Origin: Candidatus Omnitrophota bacterium
GTDB taxonomy: Bacteria; Omnitrophota; Gorgyraeia; Gygaellales; JAMWCP01
Reading direction: 5' to 3'
Assembly: GCA_023819505.1 (NCBI GenBank)
Contig: JAMWCN010000002.1
Coordinates: 1 to 39,224, forward strand
Length of the DNA stretch: 39,224 nucleotides
How positions within the stretch are numbered: the first letter of the stretch is position 1; each line of letters begins with the position of its first letter. A program made the translations under genes and the position numbers. The notes beneath the pieces were generated by a model. The model saw nothing but the letters and a program-made list of their open reading frames with translations. It was not told the DNA's origin and did no database searches. Of this stretch, positions 1-8,811 are shown in pieces.

Positions 1-603
1 AGTTAACCTATCAGTATAATTATGCAAAGCAAGCAGAACTTAAAGCCCATGATCGGGGCATGTCTGATACCTATTTATTTTTAAGATATTTATTTAAAGA
101 AGAGGATAAATTTTTACCTTATATTACGGGGTTAGTCCAGATAAAATTTCCTACAGGAAAATATCAGAAGCTAGATCCTGATAAGTTAGGGACGGACACC
201 TTTGGTAATGGTGCATATGAGCCAGCAGGAGGAATAATTTTGACTAAAAATCTAAAGCCCTTTTCTTTTCATTTTGATGCCATATACACCCATCCTTTAA
301 AAAGAAAGGTAGATGGGATAAAAACCATTTACGGTAAATCTTTAAATTTAGATTTTGCTTTAGAGTATTTTTTACCTAAAGGTTTTAAATCTGATGTTTG
401 AGGCAAATGGATTTTTGCAAAAAGATAGAAAAGAGAACAAAGAAAAGATCCCTGCCTCAGATACGAAATATCTGATTATTTCGCCGGCAATTGGCTGGTC
501 CAATGAAAAAGTCCAGATGCTTTTGGGTTATCAGAGGACTCTTTTAGGAGAAAACACTGATGTCAATGATTCAGTGGTCCTTACAGTGGTTTACACATTT
601 TAG
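1..603 (+). pseudogene. Outer-membrane beta-barrel 'transporter' family gene (MetA/phenol-degradation-like). It is 5'-truncated by the window edge and split by a frameshift.
   Basis: The frame of ORF 60..401 is open back to nt 3. It stops at 399-401, while ORF 394..603 continues in the next frame. Removing one base from the T4A3 run at 383-389 gives a continuous ...EYFLPKGFNLMFEANGF... The product ends ...VVLTVVYTF, with the terminal aromatic typical of beta-barrels. Family assignment is from memory of the motif pattern. Confidence 0.55.
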
Positions 604-618
604 AAAGGAGGTGCGATA

Positions 619-897
619 ATGTGGCTGGTTACTACCGCGATTTCTGCTACAGGAGCAACAGTTCTAAATTTTGTTTTACCTAAAAAATACAAATTAGGAT
701 TTCTTTCTCTTATGCTTTGGGGCGCAACTATAATGATTCTAATCGACCATCTTTTGGGTTATGAAGGAGGTTCTTTTTTAGAGGAGACTACAGATGGTTT
801 GATTAGAAGCGGTACTGTTTTGGGGATAGTAATGTTAGTCCCCGTAATTACCATCTGGTTAATTTCTTTATTGATCACAAACTTAAAAAGGAGGTAG
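619..897 (+). CDS. Small integral membrane protein (92 aa, about 3 TM), unknown function, paralog of the next gene
   Basis: Strong SD (AAAGGAGG) 7 nt upstream of the ATG. Hydrophobic segments are present. Shares the motif P-x-KY-x-x-G-x-L-x2-MLWG-x8-H with ORF 902..1213. Confidence 0.7.
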   Translation: MWLVTTAISATGATVLNFVLPKKYKLGFLSLMLWGATIMILIDHLLGYEGGSFLEETTDGLIRSGTVLGIVMLVPVITIWLISLLITNLKRR

Positions 898-901
898 AAT
901 A

Positions 902-1213
902 ATGGCCTGTTTTTTAGTTCCTGCAGGTACTGCTATAGTTACAACTACCTTAAGAAAAAAAATTCCTGAAAAATATCATATCGGTTGGTTGAATGCAATG
1001 CTGTGGGGTGGAGTTTTGATGTTGGCAGTGGAGCATATTGTCCATGGAGAGGTAGTTTTATATCCGCCATTTTTGACGAAAGGATTACCGGAGGTTCTTC
1101 CGGAGTTAGTAAAAATTGGAATTCCCATGACCCTGGCAATTTTTGGAGTTTGGAGTGTGATTGTTCTGGTGAGATTAAAGTTAAGTAAGAAATTAAGTTT
1201 TGTGAAAACTTAA
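902..1213 (+). CDS. Small integral membrane protein (103 aa), paralog of 619..897
   Basis: SD AAAAGGAGG upstream and a 4-nt gap to the previous gene. IPEKYHIGWLNAMLWGGVLMLAVEH aligns with LPKKYKLGFLSLMLWGATIMILIDH. Confidence 0.7.
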   Translation: MACFLVPAGTAIVTTTLRKKIPEKYHIGWLNAMLWGGVLMLAVEHIVHGEVVLYPPFLTKGLPEVLPELVKIGIPMTLAIFGVWSVIVLVRLKLSKKLSFVKT

Positions 1214-1235
1214 AGTTAGAGATATTTTAAAAATA

Positions 1236-1280
1236 GGGACAGACACCAAGTATAAAAATAGTGTCTGTCCCTAATTATTA
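1236..1280 (+). terminator. Hairpin, probable intrinsic terminator of the barrel/small-membrane-protein operon
   Basis: Perfect 11-bp stem GGGACAGACAC (1236-1246) / GTGTCTGTCCC (1261-1271) with a 14-nt loop. The tail TAATTATTA is only moderately U-rich. Confidence 0.6.
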
Positions 1281-1282
1281 AT

Positions 1283-1356
1283 GCCGGCATAGCTCAGTAG
1301 GCAAGAGCAGCTCATTCGTAATGAGCGGGTCGGGGGTTCAAATCCCTCTGCCGGCT
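1283..1356 (+). tRNA. tRNA-Thr (anticodon CGU)
   Basis: Cloverleaf folded by hand: acceptor GCCGGCA/TGCCGGC, D arm GCTC..GAGC, anticodon stem GCTCA/TGAGC with loop TTCGTAA, T arm GGGGG-TTCAAAT-CCCTC. No encoded CCA. Confidence 0.9.
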
Positions 1357-1374
1357 TGCTTCACCGACCAAATT

Positions 1375-2631
1375 ATGGCGCATATAAGGAGACTTTTAAA
1401 AAACAAAAATTTCTTTTTTTTATGGCTTGGTCAGATTATCTCGCAATTAGGAGATAGACTTGGTCAGATGGCTCTGATTGGATTTGTTTCTTTAAATATC
1501 CGTGGTTCAAGTATGGAGATAGCAAAAGCTCTATTTTTTACAATTCTACCGGTTTTTATTGTGGGTCCGGTGGCAGGGGTCTATGTGGATAGATGGGATA
1601 GAAGAAAGACATTATACATATGTGATTTTTTAAGGGCAATTTTAGTTATAATTATTCCTCTTTTTTTGATCCAGGCAAATACAAGATTTTTAGTGTATCT
1701 TCTTATATTTTTAATATTCTGTATCGGAAGATTCTTTATTCCGGCAAAGTTAGCGATTGTGCCGGATCTGGTAGAAAAAGAGGATCTACTTTTGGCCAAC
1801 TCCCTGATAAATACTACAGGGATGATTGCAACAATTTTGGGTTTTGGTTTAGGAGGTTTACTGGTAGAATATTTTGGTCCTAAAGGAGGTTTTTATTTAG
1901 ATAGTCTAAGTTTTTTTGTCTCTGCTTTATTTATTTTCTTTATCCAGCAAAAAAAAGATACTTACTATTTTAGGATAAAAGAGGTAGCTTCAGAAATTGT
2001 AAGTGTAGTAAAAAAATCAGTTTTGGAAGAAATAAAAGAAGGCCTTGTTTATTTTTTTAAAAACAGACATATCAGATTTACTGCCTGGATAATGTTTATT
2101 CTGTGGTCTGCCTTGGGTTCTGTGTATGTGGTTTTGATTGTTTTTATTCAAGAGGCTTTAGGCTCTATCACGCAAGATTTAGGATTTTTGATCACCTCTT
2201 TAGGATGTGGACTTTTTTTGGGTTCACTTCTTTATGGAAGGTTTGGACAGAAACTTCCCCTTTATAGATCGATTTTTCTCTCTTTAATTTTAAGTGGTCT
2301 ATTTTTAGCATTTTTTAGTTTATCTTTAAGTTTTCATCCAGTTTTTTTTGTTGCCCTTATTCTTACTTTTATTTTAGGATTGGTGATATCTCCTATTATG
2401 ATTGTATCCTACACTCTTATTCATAAGGTAAGTCAGGATTCTATGATGGGAAAGATCTTCAGTTCCTTGGAGATAGTGATGCATCTTGCATTTATCCTCT
2501 TTATGTTTATAAGTAGTTTTCTTGCACATTATATTGCAGAATTGTATATCCTTTTAGGTGTAAGTACAGTTTTTATAATCTTAGGATTTTTGAATCTTAT
2601 ATACCATCGTAAACTTGTATGGTTAAAATAG
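1375..2631 (+). CDS. MFS transporter (EntS/MFS_3-like)
   Basis: Multi-TM protein with an N-terminus typical of the family (FFFLWLGQIISQLGDRLGQMAL) and the loop motif VDRWDRRK. Start moved to ATG 1375 because the ORF-track start at 1321 lies inside the tRNA. Confidence 0.85.
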   Translation: MAHIRRLLKNKNFFFLWLGQIISQLGDRLGQMALIGFVSLNIRGSSMEIAKALFFTILPVFIVGPVAGVYVDRWDRRKTLYICDFLRAILVIIIPLFLIQANTRFLVYLLIFLIFCIGRFFIPAKLAIVPDLVEKEDLLLANSLINTTGMIATILGFGLGGLLVEYFGPKGGFYLDSLSFFVSALFIFFIQQKKDTYYFRIKEVASEIVSVVKKSVLEEIKEGLVYFFKNRHIRFTAWIMFILWSALGSVYVVLIVFIQEALGSITQDLGFLITSLGCGLFLGSLLYGRFGQKLPLYRSIFLSLILSGLFLAFFSLSLSFHPVFFVALILTFILGLVISPIMIVSYTLIHKVSQDSMMGKIFSSLEIVMHLAFILFMFISSFLAHYIAELYILLGVSTVFIILGFLNLIYHRKLVWLK

Positions 2632-3911
2632 AAAAGACTAAATTCCTTACGGAGCATAAACCTATTGAGAGATTTATCCCTTCTACAGTTTATATTCCTC
2701 TAATTCAACATACTGGAAAACCGACTTTGCCTTTGGTAAAAGCAGGCGATTATGTATTTTTGGGGCAGAAGATTGCTGATATAGAGGCAAATATTACTGC
2801 GCCAGTTCATAGTTCGGTTTCTGGTAAAATAAAAGCAATACAGACATATCATCATCCTACTTTAGGAGGAGCCACTGCCATAGTTGTTGAAAATGATGGT
2901 CAGGATAAAACTGAAAGATTGCCACTTAAGGAAGAAGAGGTTAAAAATTTAACTTCTAAAGAATTACGTCTTAAAATAAGGGAGGCAGGAATTGTAGGGT
3001 TGGGTGGAGCTGGTTTTCCTACTTATGTAAAACTTAATCCTCCAAAACCTGTGGATACCTTAATTGTAAATGGTGCAGAATGTGAGCCATATTTAACTGG
3101 TGATTTTCGTTTAATGTTAGAGAAAACAGGTCAGATTATTAAAGGAATAGAATTGATAGCGCGTTGTCTGGAAGTAAAAAATATCTATATTGCAATTGAG
3201 GATAATAAACCCGAGGCGATCAGGGCATTTGAAAAAGAATTAAAATCCTCTCCTATTACACATTACAAATTACATATCTTAAAGTCATATTATCCTCAAG
3301 GAGGGGAGAAGCAACTGATTAAAAATATCTTAAAAAAAGAGGTTCCTTCAGGAGGTCTTCCTTTTGATGTGGGGGTTGTGGTACATAATGTGGCAACCTG
3401 TTTTGCGATTTATGAGGCGGTATATTTAAATAAACCCCTTTATGAAAGGGTGATTACAGTTAGCGGAAGTTGCCTTACTAACCCTAAAAATATCCTGGCG
3501 CGTATCGGCACTCCGATTAGAGATCTGATTGATTTCTGCGGACCTTTAAAGGAAAGACCCAGAAAGATAGTTTTAGGAGGTCCGATGATGGGAGTTGCCC
3601 AATATACTGATGAGGTCCCATTAATAAAGACAACCACAGGAGTAATTGTTTTTGGTGAAAATGAGGTTTTAAGTTTAGAAGAAAGTTTTTGTATCCGTTG
3701 TGGAAGATGTGTTAAATATTGTCCTGTAGGACTTATGCCGGCAATTTTAAGTTTATCTAGTCAAAGTCAAAATTGGCAGCTAGCAAAAGAATATAATGTT
3801 TTTGATTGTATTGAATGTGGTTTATGTGGTTATGTGTGTCCTGCTAAAAGAAATATGGTACAATATATAAAAAGTGCAAAACTAGTCTTACTTAAAAATG
3901 AGAGAAGATAA
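2619..3911 (+). CDS. rnfC: Rnf electron-transport complex subunit C
   Basis: GLGGAGFPT motif and two ferredoxin motifs (CIRCGRCVKYCP, CIECGLCGYVCP). Operon context with the other rnf genes. Confidence 0.93.
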   Translation: MVKIEKTKFLTEHKPIERFIPSTVYIPLIQHTGKPTLPLVKAGDYVFLGQKIADIEANITAPVHSSVSGKIKAIQTYHHPTLGGATAIVVENDGQDKTERLPLKEEEVKNLTSKELRLKIREAGIVGLGGAGFPTYVKLNPPKPVDTLIVNGAECEPYLTGDFRLMLEKTGQIIKGIELIARCLEVKNIYIAIEDNKPEAIRAFEKELKSSPITHYKLHILKSYYPQGGEKQLIKNILKKEVPSGGLPFDVGVVVHNVATCFAIYEAVYLNKPLYERVITVSGSCLTNPKNILARIGTPIRDLIDFCGPLKERPRKIVLGGPMMGVAQYTDEVPLIKTTTGVIVFGENEVLSLEESFCIRCGRCVKYCPVGLMPAILSLSSQSQNWQLAKEYNVFDCIECGLCGYVCPAKRNMVQYIKSAKLVLLKNERR

Positions 3912-4407
3912 AAGGTATGTAGGAATACTTTTTTTAATCTGTTTTGTAGCTAGCCTCTTGGTAAGTATTGTGTATGCTTTAACCTATAGCCGAATTGAGG
4001 AAAGAGAAAAACGGCAACTTGAAACTTCTCTTGAAACTTCTCTAAAAGAAATGTTTCCTGAGGCAGCGCAAATTGAGGAGTTAAGTAAAGATGGTTTTAT
4101 TTATTATCGAGCGATAAATAATAATGATGAGGTTTTAGGTTATATCTTAATCTGCGAGGCAGTTGGTTATTCCAGTACTATAAAGGCGATTGTAAGTACT
4201 GAGACAAATGGTAAGATAAAAGAAATAAAAATCTTAGAACAGAATGAGACCCTAGGTATTGGCAGTAAAATTACTGAAGAGGAATTTTTAAGCAGATTTA
4301 AAGAAAAGAGCAAGGACGATACTTTTGATACCATAACCGGAGCAACTATCTCTTCAAAAGCTATAATTAAAGCAGTAAAAGAAAGCTTAAAGAAAATATT
4401 TCCTTAA
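3898..4407 (+). CDS. rnfG: Rnf complex subunit G (FMN-binding)
   Basis: N-terminal TM helix and an FMN_bind-type domain ending in the flavinylation motif TGATISS. Located between rnfC and rnfD. Confidence 0.85.
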   Translation: MREDKRYVGILFLICFVASLLVSIVYALTYSRIEEREKRQLETSLETSLKEMFPEAAQIEELSKDGFIYYRAINNNDEVLGYILICEAVGYSSTIKAIVSTETNGKIKEIKILEQNETLGIGSKITEEEFLSRFKEKSKDDTFDTITGATISSKAIIKAVKESLKKIFP

Positions 4408-4410
4408 AAG

Positions 4411-5364
4411 ATGGAAGATAACCTTTTAGTTTCTTTCTGGCCCCATATTCAGATGAAGGACTCTATTTCTAAAATTATGTGGACAGTTTTTATGTGTCTG
4501 GTTCCTGCAGGGATAGCAGGAGTTTATTTTTTTGGTTTGCATTCTTTACTTTTAATATTTATATCTATAATTACTGCGGTATTAACAGAAGGATCAATTC
4601 AACTTATAAGAAAAAACAAAATCACTATTTATGATGGAACTGCTGCCTTAACAGGATTGTTACTTGCCTATAATTTACCACCTACAGTTCCTTTCTGGAT
4701 ACCTATTATAGGAAGTTTCTTTGCCATTGCCATTGCCAAGCAGGCATTCGGAGGTTTGGGAAGAAATATATTTAATCCTGCTTTATCTGCAAGGGTATTT
4801 CTTTTACTTTCCTGGCCAACCTATATGACTGCTTTTGTAAAACCTTTTGGTTCAGCTGACACTATAAGTTCTGCTACCCCTTTAAGTATTTTAAAAGAAG
4901 GAGAAAAGACTTTATCTGATATAGGCTTAACTTATATGGATCTTTTTTTAGGAAGGCGTGCAGGTTGCATTGGAGAGGTGGCAGTTTTTTTACTTCTTTT
5001 AGGAGCTTTAGTTTTGTTATTTTTAAAGATTATCACTTTACATATCCCTTTAAGTTTTATTTTTGTTTTGGCAATTTTTAGTTGGATTTTTGATAAACAG
5101 GGTCTATTTAAAGGAGATGTTTTATTTTCTATAATGAGTGGAGGGGTTATTCTGGGTGCGTTCTTTATGGCTACCGATTATGTAACTTCACCTTTAACTA
5201 AAAAAGGAAAGGTTGTTTTTGGTATAGGCTGTGGCTTGCTTACTTTTATTATTCGTAGATTTGCCGGATATCCTGAGGGAGTATCATTCTCTATCCTTAT
5301 TATGAATGCATTTTCCCCTTTAATTGACCGGATATTTAAACCACCTGTATATGGTAAAAAATAA
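4411..5364 (+). CDS. rnfD: Rnf complex subunit D
   Basis: NqrB/RnfD polytopic protein with conserved GGVILGAFFMATDYVTSP and the SSAT FMN-attachment-like motif. Confidence 0.93.
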   Translation: MEDNLLVSFWPHIQMKDSISKIMWTVFMCLVPAGIAGVYFFGLHSLLLIFISIITAVLTEGSIQLIRKNKITIYDGTAALTGLLLAYNLPPTVPFWIPIIGSFFAIAIAKQAFGGLGRNIFNPALSARVFLLLSWPTYMTAFVKPFGSADTISSATPLSILKEGEKTLSDIGLTYMDLFLGRRAGCIGEVAVFLLLLGALVLLFLKIITLHIPLSFIFVLAIFSWIFDKQGLFKGDVLFSIMSGGVILGAFFMATDYVTSPLTKKGKVVFGIGCGLLTFIIRRFAGYPEGVSFSILIMNAFSPLIDRIFKPPVYGKK

Positions 5365-5944
5365 TTTATGGCAGGAATTTTCTAAAGGTTTATTTAAAGA
5401 AAATCCTATATTTTATATTGTTTTAGGATTGTGCCCGACTTTGGCAATTACCACTTCCATAGAGAATGCCTTGGGTATGTCAGGTGCGGTAATTTTTGTG
5501 TTAACTTTCTCTAATGTGGTTATCTCTGCTATAAGAAAATTTGTTCCTGAGAAGATCCGTATTCCCTGTTTTATTGTGATAATTGCCTCCTTTGTTACTA
5601 TAACTGAACTTCTGATGCAGGGCTATTTTCCTATTTTGGTAAAGCATTTAGGTATATTTTTGCCTCTGATTGTAGTTAACTGCATAATTATGGGAAGGGC
5701 AGAAGCCTTTGCTAAAAATAATAAGATTATACCTTCTCTGCTTGATGGGTTGGGAATGGGGATGGGTTTCAGCTTAGCCATAATTCTGATTGCAGGAATT
5801 AGAGAATTTTTAGGAACAGGAAAGATTCTGGGAAGGATAGTTTTTAGGTGTTTTTCACCTTCGTTTGTTTTTGTTCTACCACCAGGGGCATTACTTACTT
5901 TAGGAATTCTAATTGCTTTATTTACCAGAATAAAGAAAAGATAA
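5351..5944 (+). CDS. rnfE: Rnf complex subunit E
   Basis: NqrD/RnfE family: FKENPIFYIVLGLCPTLA and NCIIMGRAEAFA. ATG 5351 chosen because it gives the typical N-terminus; the ORF-track start at 5324 adds 9 unconserved residues. Confidence 0.9.
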   Translation: MVKNNLWQEFSKGLFKENPIFYIVLGLCPTLAITTSIENALGMSGAVIFVLTFSNVVISAIRKFVPEKIRIPCFIVIIASFVTITELLMQGYFPILVKHLGIFLPLIVVNCIIMGRAEAFAKNNKIIPSLLDGLGMGMGFSLAIILIAGIREFLGTGKILGRIVFRCFSPSFVFVLPPGALLTLGILIALFTRIKKR

Positions 5945-5946
5945 TT

Positions 5947-6555
5947 ATGGATATTAAAACCATTTTGATGATTATTGTGAGTATGGTTTTTATAAATAAT
6001 TTTATCCTTTCTAAGTTCTTAGGGTTATGTCCATTTTTGGGAGTATCACGCAATATAAAACCTGCTTTAAGTATGGGTTTAGCAGTAATATTTGTAATGA
6101 CATTATCCAGTATAATTACCTGGCTTGTATATAGGTTTTTACTTTTACCTTTAAATATCACCTATTTAAGAACAATTGTTTTTATTTTAGTGATTGCTAC
6201 ATTTGTACAGTTTGTGGAGATGTTTATCTTGAAAAAATCGCCTGCCCTGTATCGCACATTAGGAATATATCTACCTTTAATTACTACTAACTGTGCGGTT
6301 TTAGGAGTGACGGTTTTAAATATTAATAATTTCTTTGTAAATAATAAGCCTGTAGAATTTAGTTTTATCTATTCTATTATCCAAGGTTTCTTTGCGGGAA
6401 TAGGTTTTACCTTGGCGCTTCTTTTGATGTCTGGGATAAGAGAAAGACTTTTGCTTAATGATACACCTGCTTGTTTTAGAGACCTACCCATTGCCTTTAT
6501 TGTAGCATCTCTGATGAGTTTAGGTTTTATGGGATTTAGCGGATTTAATTTTTAA
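5947..6555 (+). CDS. rnfA: Rnf complex subunit A
   Basis: NqrE/RnfA family: NNFILSKFLGLCPFLGVS and TNCAVLGV. ATG 5947 lies 3 nt after the rnfE stop; the ORF-track start at 5848 overlaps rnfE. Confidence 0.9.
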   Translation: MDIKTILMIIVSMVFINNFILSKFLGLCPFLGVSRNIKPALSMGLAVIFVMTLSSIITWLVYRFLLLPLNITYLRTIVFILVIATFVQFVEMFILKKSPALYRTLGIYLPLITTNCAVLGVTVLNINNFFVNNKPVEFSFIYSIIQGFFAGIGFTLALLLMSGIRERLLLNDTPACFRDLPIAFIVASLMSLGFMGFSGFNF

Positions 6556-6558
6556 AAG

Positions 6559-7374
6559 ATGGTTATAATAAGTAGCGTAATTATTTTAGGGGCCTTAGGT
6601 ATTCTTTTTGGCTTGAGTTTAAGTTGGGCAGCAAAAAAATTTTCTGTAAGAGTAGATGCGCGTTTAGAAAAGATTTATAGCCTTCTTTCTCAGGCAAACT
6701 GTGGTGCCTGTGGATTTTCAGGTTGTTTAGGATTTGCGGAAAGCCTACTTGAAGGAAAATCTCATCCCCACAGATGCCCTGTAACTAGTCAAGCGGCATT
6801 AGAAAAGATCGCTAAGATTTTAGGGGTAAGTTTAGAATCTAAAACTAAAAGGATAGCAATTTTACATTGTCTAGGTGGCAAACTCAATGCTAAAGATAAA
6901 TTTGAATACAGAGGAACAGATGATTGTATCTCGGCGAATATTCTTTTGGGAGGTCAAAAGTTATGTATGTATGGATGTATTGGTTTAGGAACCTGCGTAA
7001 GGGTATGTCCTTTTTCTGCTATAAAGATGAATGAAGATAATCTACCTGTAATAGATGAGGAAAAATGTACTGCCTGTGGTAAGTGTGTGGAGGCCTGTCC
7101 TAAAGGTTTATTCAGTATTATTGAAGAGGATAAATTGTATCTAGTTAGCTGTAAGTCAAGAGATTTGAGTAAAGATGTATTAAAAAGTTGTAAAGTAGGT
7201 TGTATTGCCTGTAGAAAATGTGAAATTGCCTGTCCTACCGGAGCAATTAAGGTTAAAGATAACCTTGCTACAATTGATTACAATTTATGTAATAATTGTG
7301 GTGCTTGTTTTGAGGTCTGTCCACAGAAAATAATCCTTAAAAAGGAGAATAAAATATGGATGAGAAAAACTTAA
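6559..7374 (+). CDS. rnfB: Rnf complex subunit B (polyferredoxin type)
   Basis: N-terminal TM helix, CGACGFSGC cluster motif, then several CxxCxxCxxxCP motifs (CTACGKCVEACP, CIACRKCEIACP, CNNCGACFEVCP). Confidence 0.9.
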   Translation: MVIISSVIILGALGILFGLSLSWAAKKFSVRVDARLEKIYSLLSQANCGACGFSGCLGFAESLLEGKSHPHRCPVTSQAALEKIAKILGVSLESKTKRIAILHCLGGKLNAKDKFEYRGTDDCISANILLGGQKLCMYGCIGLGTCVRVCPFSAIKMNEDNLPVIDEEKCTACGKCVEACPKGLFSIIEEDKLYLVSCKSRDLSKDVLKSCKVGCIACRKCEIACPTGAIKVKDNLATIDYNLCNNCGACFEVCPQKIILKKENKIWMRKT

Positions 7375-7973
7375 AAAATATTGCGGTTTTTGCCTCAGGA
7401 AGAGGAACGAATTTTTCTGCCATTGCCCAAGCAATAAAAAAGGGAAAGATTAAAGCAAATCTTGCACTTGTTGTCTGTGACAATCCCAAGGCAGGAGTAA
7501 TAAAGAGGGCAAAAAGACAGGGGGTAAAAGTTGTTTTGGTATTAAGGGAGGATTTTAAAAGTAAAGAGGAGTTTGAGGCAAAGATAATTCAGCATTTGGA
7601 AGAAAATAAAATTGATTTGGTGGTTTTGGCAGGTTTTATGCGACTTTTAAGTCCAAATTTTGTAAAGAGATTTTATGGAAGAATTATAAACATCCATCCG
7701 GCACTACTTCCTTCTTTTAAAGGAACCCAAGGCATTCAAGATGCCTTTAATTATGGAGTTAAAGTTACAGGAGTAACGGTTCACTTTGTGGATGAAGAGA
7801 TGGATCACGGTCCAATAATTTTACAGGAAGTAGTTAAGATTAAAGAGAACGATACTTTAGAGTCTCTAGAAGAAAAGATTCATAAAATAGAACATAAAAT
7901 TTATCCTGAAGCAATAAGGTTATTTTTAGAGGGACGCTTAAAGATAGAAGGAAGAAAAGTTAAGATTATTTAA
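7356..7973 (+). CDS. purN: Phosphoribosylglycinamide formyltransferase
   Basis: IAVFASGRGTNF, NIHPALLPSFKG and HFVDEEMDHGPII motifs. Overlaps the rnfB end by 19 nt. Confidence 0.92.
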   Translation: MDEKNLKNIAVFASGRGTNFSAIAQAIKKGKIKANLALVVCDNPKAGVIKRAKRQGVKVVLVLREDFKSKEEFEAKIIQHLEENKIDLVVLAGFMRLLSPNFVKRFYGRIINIHPALLPSFKGTQGIQDAFNYGVKVTGVTVHFVDEEMDHGPIILQEVVKIKENDTLESLEEKIHKIEHKIYPEAIRLFLEGRLKIEGRKVKII

Positions 7974-8811
7974 TCTCTTTTATTCTAGCTTTACTTAAAA
8001 CAGTTTTACTGCCAGAAAGCATATCTTTTATCTCTACCATTAAATATCTATCAAATTCGTAACTATTAAGCACATAATTAATGATTTTGATTATCTCATC
8101 TTCTATTTTGAATTTTGACTCTTTCATTTTTTTTATCGCATATTCAAAAATAAAACTATCATCGCTGAAATTACCGCTTACCCTTTCAACTTGAAAGTAT
8201 TTTTTTAATTCCTCCTCCTGAAAGCGCATACCGATTCTTTGGGCAATCTGCTGGGCTAAAAATTCCTCTAATTTTATATCGTATGGTTTAAGATGGCTTC
8301 CAGTTTCATCAGCTATTGCCTCAGGATTAAGTTCTATTCTTATAACGTATCTTCGGTTTGACTCAGGCCAAGGGATAAAACCTGCATAGGATTTTTTTAT
8401 ATCTAAGGTATTTCCAACAAGGGTATAATCTATTCCGATATTTATATCAGAAGCAAGTAAACAATAAAATTCCGGAGGTTTATCCGCACTTAAAAAGACT
8501 CTTCCTATAGTAATAAGGATATTTCTTAATTTATCGATCATTTCTTCATCTAAAAATTTTTCTTTATCTATACCGAAATCTCTATGGATTATACGTGGTA
8601 GAGGGGCATATATCCAGAGAGTATTGGAGGAAGATTTAGTAATAACTTTTAAATTATATTCTTCCTGACAAATTTTTTCTATCTGATTGGCGATCTCGGA
8701 CTGTCTATAGGTAGGCTCGAAAGGAAAATGACAACTTATAAAAAAATATATTAATATGCTAAGACATAGGCCTGCTTTTACCGTATTCTTTAAAGATCGC
8801 TTCAATTTCAT
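7966..8811 (-). CDS. Hypothetical lipoprotein
   Basis: From ATG 8811 the N-terminus [27 protein letters not shown] is a lipoprotein-type signal peptide with a lipobox-like FISC. I recognise no domain. The ORF-track start at 8850 is a TTG. Confidence 0.6.
   Translation of the reverse strand: MKLKRSLKNTVKAGLCLSILIYFFISCHFPFEPTYRQSEIANQIEKICQEEYNLKVITKSSSNTLWIYAPLPRIIHRDFGIDKEKFLDEEMIDKLRNILITIGRVFLSADKPPEFYCLLASDINIGIDYTLVGNTLDIKKSYAGFIPWPESNRRYVIRIELNPEAIADETGSHLKPYDIKLEEFLAQQIAQRIGMRFQEEELKKYFQVERVSGNFSDDSFIFEYAIKKMKESKFKIEDEIIKIINYVLNSYEFDRYLMVEIKDMLSGSKTVLSKARIKEIK

Noticed and set aside
945-1188. ORFs 945..1139 (-) and 985..1188 (+) overlapping the second small membrane protein gene
   Set aside because: These are shadow or alternative-frame ORFs inside a gene that has a strong SD and a clear paralog. 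Neither has an SD or features of its own.
1200-1228. Possible promoter TTGTGA-17-TATTTT for tRNA-Thr
   Set aside because: It would place the TSS immediately upstream of the strong hairpin at 1236-1271. The hexamers are weak matches in AT-rich sequence.
1321-1374. ORF-track start of the MFS gene at 1321
   Set aside because: Codons 1-18 lie inside tRNA-Thr (1283-1356). The family-typical N-terminus begins at ATG 1375.
5848-5946. N-terminal extensions of ORF-track calls: rnfA 5848, rnfE 5324, metK 28588, pfkA 31096, pyrH 21493, lipoprotein 8850, ftsH 10489
   Set aside because: The extensions overlap the upstream gene or use TTG, and they add residues absent from the conserved N-termini. Internal ATGs with an SD, an ATGA overlap or promoter geometry fit better.
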